Notes: generated from the sequence alone by a model not told the origin. A DNA stretch of 64,000 bases from a bacterium (GCA_963674685.2 CAXXWT010000005.1:711579-775578); one strand, 5' to 3'. Counted from the first letter of the stretch, positions 44,743-54,761 are shown. Numbers and translations: made by a program.

Positions 44743-45168
44743 TCAGGAGTCCTCCACGCAGACGCATCGCCTCATGCAGCCTAAAAGCTCGATCAAATGT
44801 TCGTTGTTAAGGCTATAAAAGGATTTCCCGTCCCGCTTTTCCGTTTTCACCAGGCCCACCAAGCGCAGGGTTTTGAGCTGCTGCGAAATCACGGCCTGTT
44901 TTTGATCCAATTCCCGGGCCAGATCCCCCACGCACGTTTCCCGGCGGGAAAGCTCGTCGACAATCCTCAATCGCACCGGGTGCGCGACGGCTTTGAGTAT
45001 TTCCGAAATTTTTTCGGATTGCGTCTCGCTGAAAATCTCATTTGAGTTGATGGGCAAGGCGCCCCCCTTTTCTATATTGCTAAATATAAATATATTGATA
45101 TTTGCTAAACAAGTCAATAAAAAACCGTCGCCTGTGTTCGTGGACATCCGATTGACATTGAGCCTCAA
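44743..45168 (-). CDS. ArsR/SmtB family transcriptional regulator
   Basis: 'LKAVAHPVRLRIVDELSRRETCVGDLARELDQKQAVISQQLKTLRLVGLVKTEKRDGKSFYSL' is a wHTH domain. The start is uncertain (an internal Met at 45147 is possible). Confidence 0.8.
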   Translation of the reverse strand: MRLNVNRMSTNTGDGFLLTCLANINIFIFSNIEKGGALPINSNEIFSETQSEKISEILKAVAHPVRLRIVDELSRRETCVGDLARELDQKQAVISQQLKTLRLVGLVKTEKRDGKSFYSLNNEHLIELLGCMRRCVCVEDS

Positions 45169-45259
45169 TCTCCCGTAATCGCCATGTTTAATCCGATGTT
45201 GGCTTGACAGAATTTTGGAAATTGCCTATGACCTTTTCGTGCCTAAAGGCGCTTTTCAC

Positions 45260-45331
45260 GGCGACGTGGCCAAGTGGTAAGGCAAAGGTCTGCAAAACCT
45301 TCATTCACCGGTTCAAATCCGGTCGTCGCCT
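45260..45331 (+). tRNA. tRNA-Cys (anticodon GCA)
   Basis: GGCGACG TG GCC AAGTGGTAA GGC A AAGGT CTGCAAA ACCTT CATTC ACCGG TTCAAAT CCGGT CGTCGCC T. Clean cloverleaf with U73 discriminator. Confidence 0.95.
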
Positions 45332-45337
45332 TTGAGT

Positions 45338-45375
45338 AAAAGCCGGGGCTTGACGAAGCTTCGGCTTTTTTTTAT
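45338..45375 (+). terminator. Rho-independent terminator after tRNA-Cys
   Basis: aaaagccg...cggctttt stem followed by a T-run (45362-45373). Confidence 0.6.
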
Positions 45376-45391
45376 CCCCGCATTTGCCCTC

Positions 45392-45421
45392 TTAACCTTT
45401 CCGGGCTGAATATGTTATAGT
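45392..45421 (+). promoter_or_regulatory. Candidate sigma-70 promoter with extended -10 (TTAACC-N18-TATAGT, TGt upstream)
   Basis: ttaacc at 45392-45397. tgt + tatagt at 45413-45421, about 32 nt upstream of ATG 45454. The paralog has the same 'atgttata.t' box. Confidence 0.35.
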
Positions 45422-45453
45422 TTTGCGCTGAATGGGCTTTGGAGGTTTTACAA

Positions 45454-47196
45454 ATGACATATCGTAATCATCGAAAATCGCTATTTTTTCTCACCCGCTA
45501 CTCATTGGCGTTTGTAATCGCCTTGCTCCTGCAAGTCGCCGCGCCGCACTTCGCTTACGCGCAAGCGGAAGCTCCTGAATTTGACGTCAACACGACGGTC
45601 ACTAACGATCAATTGAATCCGGTTATCGCCGAAGATGCGCAGGGGCGTTTTGTCGTCGTCTGGGAATCGGAGGATCAGGACGGAAGCGACACGGGAGTCT
45701 TCGCCCGTTTATTCAACGCGCAGGCGAATCCCAGGAGCGCCGAGTTTCAGGTCAATACTTACGTCAATGACAATCAGGACACGCCGTCCGTCGCCATGGC
45801 CGATGGCGGGCGATTCGTCGTCGTCTGGCAATCTCAACGACAGGACGGAGACGACAACGGCATTTACGGCCAGCGCTTCAATTCGGACGGATTCGCCATG
45901 GGTAGCGAATTTCGCGTGAACACTCGAACGGGCGACGAGCAAAGAAGACCCGACGTGGCCTGCGACGCAGGCGGCAATTTCGTCGTTGTGTGGGACTCGA
46001 ACAATCAGGACGGTTCCCGCGAGGGGATTTACGGCCAGCGTTACGACCGGGACGGCAATGTCCTGGGCGGCGAGTTTCGAATCAACACGAATACGAACTA
46101 CCGCCAGAATGATCCGTCAATCGGCATGGACCGGGGCGGCAATTTCGTCGTGGTATGGGTTTCCGACAGGCAGGACGGAAGCGACAACGGGATTTTCGGT
46201 CAATTGTTCGACAGCCAGGGCAATCCTCGCGGCGGTGAATTCCAGGTCAATACGACGATCAATAATTCTCAGGACGCGCCCGCGGTCGCCATGGACGCGA
46301 CCGGAGCCTTCGTCGTGGCCTGGAACTCTTCACCGGCCTTCACCCCGGACGTTTACGGAAGGCGATTCGATCCCGACGGCAATCCCCTGGGCGTGGATTT
46401 CGTCGTGGCCTTCGCCTGGGCCGATTATGTCGACACTCCGGATGTTTCCATCGACCAGGCGGGGAACTTTGTGGTGACCTACGAATCCAGCGCCGACGAG
46501 GGAAACACCAACAACGCTTACGCCAGACTTTACGGAAGCGACGGCGCCGCGCAGGGCAATCCTTTCATGATCAACATTTATGAGTCCGGCGAACAGGGCA
46601 ATCCGGTGTCGGTTCTTCGCGAGGACGGTTCTTTCGTCGCCGCATGGCACTCGGCGAATCAGGACGGAAACGGATACGGAGTATTCGGACGGCTTTTCAA
46701 TTGCACGTCGGATCCCGAATGCGACGACGGTCTGTATTGCAACGGCGTCGAAACATGCGTCCAATATCTTTGCACCGACGGTGAAACGGTGGAATGCCCC
46801 GACGACGGCATTTGGTGCAACGGCGAAGAAATATGCGCCGAGGAAGCGAACGAGTGCGTTTCCGCGGGAGACCCTTGCGATCTGGACGAGACTTGCGATG
46901 AAGAAGCACAGGAATGCATTGGCGAGCCGGATGACGACGCCGACGATGACATAGACGACGACGTGGACGATGATGTGGATGACGACGTGAATGATGATAT
47001 GAACGATGACGCCGACGACGACATCGATGATGATTTCTGGCCGGACGACGATAGCGACGACGACACGGGCGACGACGATACGGGCAGCGATGACGATGAC
47101 GATGACGACGATGACGACAATGATGACGATGATGACGAACTGGCCGACGAGGACTCGGACGTGGATGAGACCGGCGGCAGCGGTTGCGGCTGCTGA
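45454..47196 (+). CDS. Secreted seven-repeat (about 55 aa each) beta-propeller-like head, short CNG-type Cys stalk, long poly-Asp tail, C-terminal GCGC
   Basis: GGAGG lies 8 nt upstream. Signal peptide ...LAFVIALLLQVAAPHFAYA. Seven repeats of 'EF.VNT.....Q..P.VA.D..G.FVVVW.S..QDGS..GI.GQ.F...G...G'. 'CDDGLYCNGVETC...CPDDGIWCNGEEIC'. Ends DETGGSGCGC*. Confidence 0.85.
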   Translation: MTYRNHRKSLFFLTRYSLAFVIALLLQVAAPHFAYAQAEAPEFDVNTTVTNDQLNPVIAEDAQGRFVVVWESEDQDGSDTGVFARLFNAQANPRSAEFQVNTYVNDNQDTPSVAMADGGRFVVVWQSQRQDGDDNGIYGQRFNSDGFAMGSEFRVNTRTGDEQRRPDVACDAGGNFVVVWDSNNQDGSREGIYGQRYDRDGNVLGGEFRINTNTNYRQNDPSIGMDRGGNFVVVWVSDRQDGSDNGIFGQLFDSQGNPRGGEFQVNTTINNSQDAPAVAMDATGAFVVAWNSSPAFTPDVYGRRFDPDGNPLGVDFVVAFAWADYVDTPDVSIDQAGNFVVTYESSADEGNTNNAYARLYGSDGAAQGNPFMINIYESGEQGNPVSVLREDGSFVAAWHSANQDGNGYGVFGRLFNCTSDPECDDGLYCNGVETCVQYLCTDGETVECPDDGIWCNGEEICAEEANECVSAGDPCDLDETCDEEAQECIGEPDDDADDDIDDDVDDDVDDDVNDDMNDDADDDIDDDFWPDDDSDDDTGDDDTGSDDDDDDDDDDNDDDDDELADEDSDVDETGGSGCGC

Positions 47197-47242
47197 CGCG
47201 AATTTACGTACGCAAAAAAATCCCATTGAAAAGGTCATTAAG

Positions 47243-47273
47243 GGCCGCCTGCTTTGACAAGGCGGCCTTTTTT
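47243..47273 (+). terminator. Rho-independent terminator
   Basis: ggccgcct (47243-47250) pairs with aggcggcc (47260-47267), followed by TTTTTT. Confidence 0.75.
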
Positions 47274-47300
47274 ATTACTTTATAAATCTTTGCGGAAACA

Positions 47301-47309
47301 TGTTATAAT
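47301..47309 (+). promoter_or_regulatory. Candidate extended -10 promoter element (TGtTATAAT)
   Basis: tgttataat lies 33 nt upstream of ATG 47342. No good -35 box is present. Confidence 0.35.
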
Positions 47310-47341
47310 CATTTTCGATATAACTTTGGGGGTTTGATCCA

Positions 47342-49078
47342 ATGTTTCCGGCGATTCAAAAAAACCTTTCATGCTCTAATTTTACGCGTTTTTTCGTCAC
47401 CGCCCTTGTATTGATTATAACCGCGGCGCCCCGACTAAGCGCGGCGCAGGTCGTTTCCCCGGAGTTTCTCGTCAACACGGCCAACACGGACGCCCAAACC
47501 AATCCGGCAATCGCCGCCGACGCGCAGGGGCGTTTTGTCATCGTCTGGGAATCGGAAGCCCAGGACGGCAGCGACATGGGAATTTACGCCCGTCTCTTTA
47601 GCGCGCGGGCCGAACCCCGGACCGGCGAGTTCCAAGTCAATACAACCACAACCTTCAACCAAAGCGCTCCTTCCGCGGCCATGGCCGACGGAGGTCGATT
47701 CATCGTTGTCTGGAATTCGGATTATCATGAAACGGAAGGCGGCGGGATATACGGACAACGCTACAATTCCGACGGCATTGCCCAGGGGAGCGAGTTTCGA
47801 ATCGGCAATATGAACTACCACCACCAGGAAAGGCCCGACGTGGATTGCGACGCGTACGGAGACTTCACGGTCGTTTGGGACTCCCGCGACCAGGACGGCT
47901 CTGCCGAGGGCGTATTCGGCAGGGTTTACGACCGGAACGGAAATGCCCTGGGCGACGAATTTCAGATCAATACGACGACGAGCAACGGACAGGTCAATCC
48001 GTCCATCGGCATGGACAGAGGAGGATATTTCGTCGTCGTATGGCGCTCCTATAATCAGGACGGAAGCGGCTCCGGTATATACGGACGGCTGTACGACGAC
48101 ATGGGCAACGCCTTAACCGCCGAGTTTCAAGTCAATACGACGACCTATTTGAACCAGTCGTCGCCGGCGGTCGCCATGGACTCGACCGGAGCTTTCGTCG
48201 TGGTCTGGACGGATTGGTCGGCCGGAACCGGTTTTTCGAAAATCGTGGGACAACGATTCAACGCCGGCGGCGGATTGCGCGGCGCCGAGTTTACCGTCGC
48301 ATCCGCTTTGATTTACTCTTATGAGAATGCCGACATTTCAACGGACCTGTCCGGAAACTTCATGGCGACGTACAACTCCAGTTCCAACGACGTCTATGGT
48401 CGAAGTTACGGAAGCGACGGCGAAGCCCTGACTCCCTCGGCCATCGTGAACTATTATTGGCCCCTGGTGCAAAGTTATTCGAGCAACGTACTCAGAGAAG
48501 ACGGCTCATATATCGTCGCCTGGCAATCCATGAACCAGGACGGAAGCGATTACGGAATCATCGGGCGGCTTTTCGAATGCTCCGAAGACGCCGACTGCGA
48601 CGACGGTGTATTTTGCAACGGCGCCGAGTCGTGCGCCAATAGGCTTTGCGCCGAAGGCGATGCGATTCCATGCCCTGACGACGGATTGTGGTGCTCCGGC
48701 GACGAATATTGCGACGAGGGCGCTGACCAGTGCCTATCCACGGGCGATCCCTGCGATATCGACCAAACCTGCGACGAGGATCTTGACGAGTGCGTCGATG
48801 ATCCCGATGACGATGTGGATGACGACGTGAATGACGATGTGGACGACGATGTGGACGACGATGTGGATGACGACACTTTGGATGATGATACGGGCGATGA
48901 CGACACCGGCGACGACGATACGGGCGATGACGACTCGGTGGATGACGACACTTCAGACGACGACAGTCTTAATGACGACGCGGACGATGACGACGCGGCT
49001 GACGATGACACCGAAGAATCCTTCACAGGCGACGACGACATGGACTCCACGGGTTCCGACGATTGCTGCGGATGTTAG
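47342..49078 (+). CDS. Paralog of 45454-47196: seven-repeat head, short Cys stalk, poly-Asp tail, C-terminal CCGC
   Basis: Same repeat consensus (EFQVNTTTTFNQSAPSAAMADGGRFIVVWNS...). 'CDDGVFCNGAESC...CPDDGLWCSGDEYC'. The tail DDDVDDDVNDDVDDDV...DDDTGDDDTG... ends STGSDDCCGC* (TAG stop). Confidence 0.85.
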   Translation: MFPAIQKNLSCSNFTRFFVTALVLIITAAPRLSAAQVVSPEFLVNTANTDAQTNPAIAADAQGRFVIVWESEAQDGSDMGIYARLFSARAEPRTGEFQVNTTTTFNQSAPSAAMADGGRFIVVWNSDYHETEGGGIYGQRYNSDGIAQGSEFRIGNMNYHHQERPDVDCDAYGDFTVVWDSRDQDGSAEGVFGRVYDRNGNALGDEFQINTTTSNGQVNPSIGMDRGGYFVVVWRSYNQDGSGSGIYGRLYDDMGNALTAEFQVNTTTYLNQSSPAVAMDSTGAFVVVWTDWSAGTGFSKIVGQRFNAGGGLRGAEFTVASALIYSYENADISTDLSGNFMATYNSSSNDVYGRSYGSDGEALTPSAIVNYYWPLVQSYSSNVLREDGSYIVAWQSMNQDGSDYGIIGRLFECSEDADCDDGVFCNGAESCANRLCAEGDAIPCPDDGLWCSGDEYCDEGADQCLSTGDPCDIDQTCDEDLDECVDDPDDDVDDDVNDDVDDDVDDDVDDDTLDDDTGDDDTGDDDTGDDDSVDDDTSDDDSLNDDADDDDAADDDTEESFTGDDDMDSTGSDDCCGC

Positions 49079-49250
49079 TCCGTATTCCCAACCGTCTAAA
49101 CGCCCTCGCAACAAAACCTGGTGAGTACGGTAATCTCCGAAGAACCAAATATCTTTCCTTTTGCGTGTGAATTAACTTAAATGGCGTAATTCGTGTCCAT
49201 GATAAAAGCGGATGGAATCGTTTTTAAAACTTTGGGATGAAAAAAAGAAA

Positions 49251-50126
49251 ATGAGTTTCGAAAGCAAAACCAATATTTATCGCATATCGGTCCTCTTTTT
49301 GCTCGCCGTTTCCATGGGCGTAACCGCGTGCGCGAAAAGCATTTCGCCCCGGCAATCGTCCGACGATGTGCGCGTGATCAATGACGTAAGCTATTACGAT
49401 GGCAAATCGAAGGATGAATTCCGGCACAAGCTGGATATTTATCTTCCCCGCGAAGGCAAAAAATGGCCCACCGTCGTCTTCATCCACGGCGGCGCCTGGG
49501 TTATGGGTGGAAAGCGCCTGGTGAGCAACGTGGCGTACGCGCTGGCGGAAAACGGCGTGGCCTGCGTCAGCGTTAATTACCGCCTCACACCGAGGGTTCA
49601 GCATCCGGGACACGTGAAGGACGTGGCTCGGGCCATAGCATGGACGAGAAAGAACCTGGCTAAATACGGCGCGGATACCGACGCGCTTTTTATCTCGGGT
49701 CACAGCGCCGGATCTCACCTCGCGTCCCTGGTGAGCCTGGACGGCAAATATTTGAAAAAATACAGAATCGACAACCGTAAGCTGGCCGGCGTGATCGCCA
49801 TTTCCGGCGTTTACGAGATCAATCACGAGGTTTTCGAGCCGGTTTTCACCGAGGACCGAAAGGTCTGGGCGGATGCGTCGCCCATCAACCACATCGACAA
49901 ATCCTCTCCGCCCTTTCTGGTGCTGTTCGCGGAAAACGACATGGACCTGCATGTGCCTCTGATCAATCAGGCCGAAGATTTTTACGAGGAATTGCAGCGC
50001 GCCGGCGTGGATGCGTCGATCAAGGAAATCAGGCGAACCAACCATAAAACCATCATCAGCCGAATCGGCAACAGGCATAGCGCCACGCTTAGCGCCATGC
50101 TCGATTTTATCGACGATCATCGTTGA
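49251..50126 (+). CDS. Alpha/beta-hydrolase (esterase/lipase, Abhydrolase_3-like), lipoprotein-type signal
   Basis: 'VVFIHGGAWVMGGK' (HGG oxyanion motif), 'ISGHSAGSHLAS' (GxSxG) and the signal peptide ...LLAVSMGVTAC. The start could be 49212. Confidence 0.7.
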   Translation: MSFESKTNIYRISVLFLLAVSMGVTACAKSISPRQSSDDVRVINDVSYYDGKSKDEFRHKLDIYLPREGKKWPTVVFIHGGAWVMGGKRLVSNVAYALAENGVACVSVNYRLTPRVQHPGHVKDVARAIAWTRKNLAKYGADTDALFISGHSAGSHLASLVSLDGKYLKKYRIDNRKLAGVIAISGVYEINHEVFEPVFTEDRKVWADASPINHIDKSSPPFLVLFAENDMDLHVPLINQAEDFYEELQRAGVDASIKEIRRTNHKTIISRIGNRHSATLSAMLDFIDDHR

Positions 50127-50178
50127 CGGGCTATCCGGCTTCGGCAATAGATTAGTTTGCGAATTCGGCGTTGTTAAC

Positions 50179-51315
50179 TCAAATAATCCTGTCACTCGAT
50201 TTCGGACCGAAGGGATTTTCAAGTTCGCGCGAAAGCGCCAGCAGGAAGTCCCGGTTATCGGCCTGGAGATACCGGCAACGGCCGCCCATGCGGTTGAAGC
50301 TTTTGTTGAAGCGCAAATAGTAATCCGGATTGTCTTCCGGCGGCTCGCCTTTCGTCCAGTCCCAGTGCGACTTCGCCAGATCAACGACAAAGATATAATG
50401 ATCGTCGATTGATTCGCCCCTTTGTCGACTGAGGTTCTGCGCCATGGACAGGGACTTTTCAAAAATCATGGGGCTCATCACGGCGCTGCCCACGGACATG
50501 TACACGCCGCCGTCGATGCGGCTGACGCCTTCGGCGAAGGTCAGAAAATCCCGCAGGGCGCAACGCCCGACAGCCGCACCGTGGTTCATGGGATGATTGT
50601 AGATGATGTCGTGACCGATCATCGGATGTCCCGTAAAGGGAATGTCCAAGTCATACGCCCCGGCCTGGACGCTGATGTTTTTATGCGGATGGGGTATTTC
50701 CATGCGTCCCGGTTTCAAATCGAACTTACTTATGACGCCAAGCAGATCGGCGGCCGCCGCCGCGCGGTCGGCGTCCGAATCCATTTCCTCGCACGCCGCG
50801 CGTTTCAACTCGGCCGGTTCGGGCAGGTTCAGGCCGCCGCCGGCGATCATCGCCCCGACGGACTGCCCGTAGCCCTTGCCTTCGTACGCGCCGACGATCA
50901 GGGCGAGATTGATGTAGAATCCCGTCTCCTGCCAGTTTCCGAATTCACCCCGGCTGACGTTGCCCCTGACGTCCTCGCTGGTTTCGCCGTGAAACGCGAA
51001 TTCCCAGTCGTGAATGATGCCCGCGCCGTTCGTGGCCAGATGCGTCAGCCATCCCTTTTCCATCATGCGCCTCAGCACCGGCGCCAGCCCGTTTTTGATG
51101 GAATGCGCGCCGAAGGCCAGCATCACCGGTTTGTCATTTTCCAAAGCGCGCTTAATGCGGCCGGCGCACTCTTCGACCAGGGCCTTGCGCGGTCCGGAAA
51201 ATTCCGGCACGGGCGCGTCGGCCATCACCATGTCGTGCGCGACGCTTTTTTTGTTTTGCCTTTCGGCAAGAGGTTTCATAATCAATCGCGTACGGTCCAG
51301 CCCGTGATGCGGCAT
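50179..51315 (-). CDS. Hypothetical protein, possibly with a deoxyhypusine-synthase-like fold
   Basis: 'PVMLAFGAHSIKNGLAPVLRRMMEKGWLTHLATNGAGIIHDWEFAF' loosely parallels the DS-family '...SSGLRE.I..L......D.lVTTAGG.EED' region. Weak assignment made by eye only. Confidence 0.3.
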   Translation of the reverse strand: MPHHGLDRTRLIMKPLAERQNKKSVAHDMVMADAPVPEFSGPRKALVEECAGRIKRALENDKPVMLAFGAHSIKNGLAPVLRRMMEKGWLTHLATNGAGIIHDWEFAFHGETSEDVRGNVSRGEFGNWQETGFYINLALIVGAYEGKGYGQSVGAMIAGGGLNLPEPAELKRAACEEMDSDADRAAAAADLLGVISKFDLKPGRMEIPHPHKNISVQAGAYDLDIPFTGHPMIGHDIIYNHPMNHGAAVGRCALRDFLTFAEGVSRIDGGVYMSVGSAVMSPMIFEKSLSMAQNLSRQRGESIDDHYIFVVDLAKSHWDWTKGEPPEDNPDYYLRFNKSFNRMGGRCRYLQADNRDFLLALSRELENPFGPKSSDRII

Positions 51316-51330
51316 TGGTTTTCCTTTTTT

Positions 51331-53295
51331 CTAACGGCTTGCGTTCAGAATTTTAAGCAATTTATCCAACTGCGAGTAATCGGGAATGATCATGTCGGCG
51401 CCGGCGCGGATCAGGCGGCTGCGTTTGGCCGCGTTCAGACCAAAGCGACGCACTTCGTCGCCGGCCACGCCCACGGCGAAGCCCCCGCGCTTGCGCGTTT
51501 CGCGAATCTCCACCGGCCCGTCGCCGAAAGCCACAAGCCCCGGCGCGTCGGGTCCGACTTCCTTGAGTATCCTGTCCAGAACGATGCGCTTGGCCTCTTT
51601 TGTCGCGTCGCCCACGGCGCCGTAAATCCTGCCTTCGAATAAATCGGCGTAGCCCAGCGCCGTCGCCTCGTCGATGAGGTCTTGCTGATCTGTGCCCGAA
51701 GCCAGATAAAGACGCGCGCCGGATTCATGCAGCGCGCCAAGCAGCGCCACGGCGTTTTTCATCGTAAAATCTTCGACGGCAAGTTCGCCGCGATTGAATT
51801 TTCCGACGCGGTCCCGAACCATCTTCATCAAATCCTCGTTAAAAATATTTTTATAGCCGAACTCGTCGAGGATTTCGTCGTCGGAAACGCATTTGAACTC
51901 CCGCACCATCCTCACCAGGCCCTGCATTTGAATCAGGGTTTGAATGCCCGTGGATTTGTCGATGAAATCCCGCACTCGATCCACGACACGGTGGTAAAGG
52001 GAGTCGTCCGCCGAATCGAATTTCGGGCCGAGGATCGCGCGGACCATCATCGGCTCCATGATCCGCTCCCAGCCTTCTCGGAGGCACGAGATGGTGCCGT
52101 CGTGATCGAAAATCACGTGCGTGACTTTGCCCGGCGCCCCGCGATCCGTGACGCCTTCGAAATCGGTTCCCTCGACGAATCGCGACTGCCGCGTATCCTC
52201 CGCCAGTTCCGGGCGGTAGATGTAGTCGGGCCGGGCGCCGACGGCCGTAACTTCCTCGGGAGTCGCCGCGCCGGTCTGCTGGAGTTTCTGCACGGTGATG
52301 AACGCGACGATGTTGCCCAGCGCGGCGGCGATCTCCGGCTGCGCGCCCGCCGCCAGGGAAAGCGCCGTGCCCGCCAGAAGCGAATCTCCCGCGCCCACGG
52401 GATCCGTTTTGCCCAGAACCTGAATCGCCGGAATCTCATGCAGCCCGGCGTCATCGCGCAAAGCCAGTCCACGCGCCCCGCGCGTCACCATGACGGGCCG
52501 GCCGTTTTGCTCGTAAAATTTTTCGGCGGCGCCAATGGCGTCTTGCCGCAAAACCTTTGCTGCGCGCGGATATTTTTTCCCGATGCGTGCGGCGGCCTCG
52601 TGATCGTTGATCTTTAAAAATACTTGCGGGTAGGCGTGGCTGTAGCGGCGGCTGTCGACGATGAATGTCTTGTCCGCATTTTCTTTGATGAGGCGGTTCA
52701 ATCCGTTGCGGAAATATTCGCTGTTGTGGATGCTTCCTGCGGTCTGCTCGTTGATGACGACGACCTGCAACCGTGGCAAAGCCTGCGTCAGCGCATCCAG
52801 AAGGCGATCCGCGCATTCATCCGACAAGCGGTTGAAGTTGCCGAAATCCACGCGGTTGGATTCTTCGTCATCCACGTGGGGTTTGACGAAAGTATGCGTG
52901 GCCCAGCCGCTTTGCTGCATGAGCAATCCTTCGCAACGCACTTTTTTGCTCTGCAGGATGCGCTGCATCTCCCGGCCCCAGGGATCGTCGCCGATGACGC
53001 CGAAGATTTGTATGTCACGGCATCCCAGGACCACCATATTATTGACAACGTTGCCCGCGCCGCCCAGTTCGCAGTGCTGCCGTGCTACGGGCCGCGTCGG
53101 AAGGCCGGTCTCCAGGGATATTTCCCGCGCCGCTTCGTCGATGAACCAATAGACATCCAGGCAAAAATCGCCCAGCACGCCGACGCGGGTTCGGGAAATG
53201 TCATCGACCAGTTTCTTCAAATCGCCGTCGGTCAGAGCCTCGAATCCCATCCTGGCTTTCAAGTGGTGGTCTCCTTTTGCAGACTTATGGGACAT
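51331..53295 (-). CDS. Fusion protein: PfkB-family sugar kinase (RfaE domain I-like) plus HAD-superfamily phosphatase
   Basis: The N-terminal half has 'VGVLGDFCLDVYWFID...ELGGAGNVVNNMVVLG...GVIGDD' and 'DPVGAGDSLLAG' (PfkB signature). The C-terminal half has 'VIFDHDGTI' (DxDGT), 'LASGTD' and 'FGDGPVE'. Confidence 0.7.
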   Translation of the reverse strand: MSHKSAKGDHHLKARMGFEALTDGDLKKLVDDISRTRVGVLGDFCLDVYWFIDEAAREISLETGLPTRPVARQHCELGGAGNVVNNMVVLGCRDIQIFGVIGDDPWGREMQRILQSKKVRCEGLLMQQSGWATHTFVKPHVDDEESNRVDFGNFNRLSDECADRLLDALTQALPRLQVVVINEQTAGSIHNSEYFRNGLNRLIKENADKTFIVDSRRYSHAYPQVFLKINDHEAAARIGKKYPRAAKVLRQDAIGAAEKFYEQNGRPVMVTRGARGLALRDDAGLHEIPAIQVLGKTDPVGAGDSLLAGTALSLAAGAQPEIAAALGNIVAFITVQKLQQTGAATPEEVTAVGARPDYIYRPELAEDTRQSRFVEGTDFEGVTDRGAPGKVTHVIFDHDGTISCLREGWERIMEPMMVRAILGPKFDSADDSLYHRVVDRVRDFIDKSTGIQTLIQMQGLVRMVREFKCVSDDEILDEFGYKNIFNEDLMKMVRDRVGKFNRGELAVEDFTMKNAVALLGALHESGARLYLASGTDQQDLIDEATALGYADLFEGRIYGAVGDATKEAKRIVLDRILKEVGPDAPGLVAFGDGPVEIRETRKRGGFAVGVAGDEVRRFGLNAAKRSRLIRAGADMIIPDYSQLDKLLKILNASR

Positions 53296-53354
53296 TATTT
53301 ATAGCGCTATCGCCGCGGCGCTTCAATTCCCCGCAATGCGTTTTCAATCGCCCG

Positions 53355-54761
53355 TTAGCGAAACAGATTCCTCAATAAAACACTCAGACCGACGAGGCCC
53401 GTGCGCGTTTCATGCAGAGGATTTCTCATAAGCCGCCGCATACGCCCGAGGACGATCCGGGGACGGAAATAAAAGCGCAGCCACGCGTTTTTCAAAATTT
53501 TCCTCCAGCGCTTCGGCGAAACATCCGAGGCGAAAAGCAGCGAATCGCCGGTGGTGAAATAATCCTCCCACGGCCTGTTAAAAAGCGCGCCCTCGGCCTT
53601 TAGCTGCTTATACAATGCGCTGCCTGGCAGCGGCTTGAAAAGATTGAATGTAGCCAGGTCCGCATCCAGACTCAGGGCGAAACGGATATTTTCCTCGGCT
53701 TCGGCCTCACCCTCCCAGGGAAAACCGAGAATGAAATTAACCTTGCATTCCATACCCGTCGCCCGGGTCATGCGGCAGACCTCGGCCGCGCGATGAAGGT
53801 CGATGGGCTTATTGATTCGCTTTTGCGTTTCCGAAATAGCGGACTCGACGCCGTAGATCACGTGATAACATCCGGCGCGGGCCATGAGGCGCAGCAGATT
53901 GTCATCCACCGTATCGACGCGGGAAAAGCAATTCCATGTGATCTTCAAATCCTTTTCGAGGATGCCTTCGCACAGTCCGCGCATGTTTTTCTTCTGTAAC
54001 GTCGGACCTTCGTCGAAAAAACGAAAATCTTTAATGCCGTACTTTTGGCGACACAAGTCAACTTCCGCCAGAAAACTATCCACGCTTCGATAGCGAATCG
54101 TGTCGGCGAAAACGCTCTTACTGCAAAACGCACATTTCATGGGGCATCCGCGGGAAAACAAAATGCCCGTTGTCGGCAAAGATGCGTAGTTGCCGGGATC
54201 GGGGACGTAACGCTCGACGCGCACCGCGTCGCGATCTGGAAACGGCAAGGCGTCAAGATCGCCGATCAATTCCCGACCCGCATTGACGCGCACGCGGCCT
54301 CCCTGCCTGTAGGCCAGGCCCTCGATGGACTCAAAATCCCGGCTCTTTTGCATCGCGCGAAAAATTTCCACGAGGGTTTTTTCCCCTTCGCCGAAAACGA
54401 GACAATCGAATACGGGAAATTCTTCCAGCGTTTCTTTCGGCAGAGCCGATGCGTGGAATCCGCCCAGGACTGCCGGCGTGTTCGGCCACCTGCGTTTGAC
54501 GCGGCGGGCGATGGCCGCGGCGACGCCGACGTTGGTGGTATAGGAGCTTATCCCCACGATTCCCGGAGGGCTTTTGTATAAAGCCCGCCGAAGCACCCCA
54601 ACGTAATTTCGTTCCAGGCTTAAATCCAAAACCTCGCAGTCATAACCGCTTTTTTTGAGATAGGCGGATATGTATAGCAGAGACAGCGGAATTTCGGTTC
54701 CGGGCAAATTGAAAAGCGCGCCTTGAATATTGGGCGGCTGTATCAGCAGGACATCGGCCAT
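53355..54761 (-). CDS. B12-binding-domain radical SAM protein (class B)
   Basis: N-terminal 'VLLIQPP...LLYISAYLKKSGYDCEVLDL...VGISSYT' (cobalamin-binding Rossmann region). 'FSRGCPMKCAFCS' is CxxxCxxC. The start overlaps the upstream stop (TGATG). Confidence 0.8.
   Translation of the reverse strand: MADVLLIQPPNIQGALFNLPGTEIPLSLLYISAYLKKSGYDCEVLDLSLERNYVGVLRRALYKSPPGIVGISSYTTNVGVAAAIARRVKRRWPNTPAVLGGFHASALPKETLEEFPVFDCLVFGEGEKTLVEIFRAMQKSRDFESIEGLAYRQGGRVRVNAGRELIGDLDALPFPDRDAVRVERYVPDPGNYASLPTTGILFSRGCPMKCAFCSKSVFADTIRYRSVDSFLAEVDLCRQKYGIKDFRFFDEGPTLQKKNMRGLCEGILEKDLKITWNCFSRVDTVDDNLLRLMARAGCYHVIYGVESAISETQKRINKPIDLHRAAEVCRMTRATGMECKVNFILGFPWEGEAEAEENIRFALSLDADLATFNLFKPLPGSALYKQLKAEGALFNRPWEDYFTTGDSLLFASDVSPKRWRKILKNAWLRFYFRPRIVLGRMRRLMRNPLHETRTGLVGLSVLLRNLFR

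Noticed and set aside
45260-45331. tRNA-Cys located immediately upstream of two Cys-rich protein genes as a functional supply link
   Set aside because: A single housekeeping-looking tRNA with its own terminator. These two paralogs are the least Cys-rich of the family. The adjacency is most simply coincidence.
49224-51642. 412-aa (minus) and 406-aa (plus) ORFs overlapping 49251-50126 and 50179-51315
   Set aside because: They are antisense shadows. The chosen frames carry the HGG/GxSxG hydrolase motifs or a balanced globular composition and fit operon spacing.
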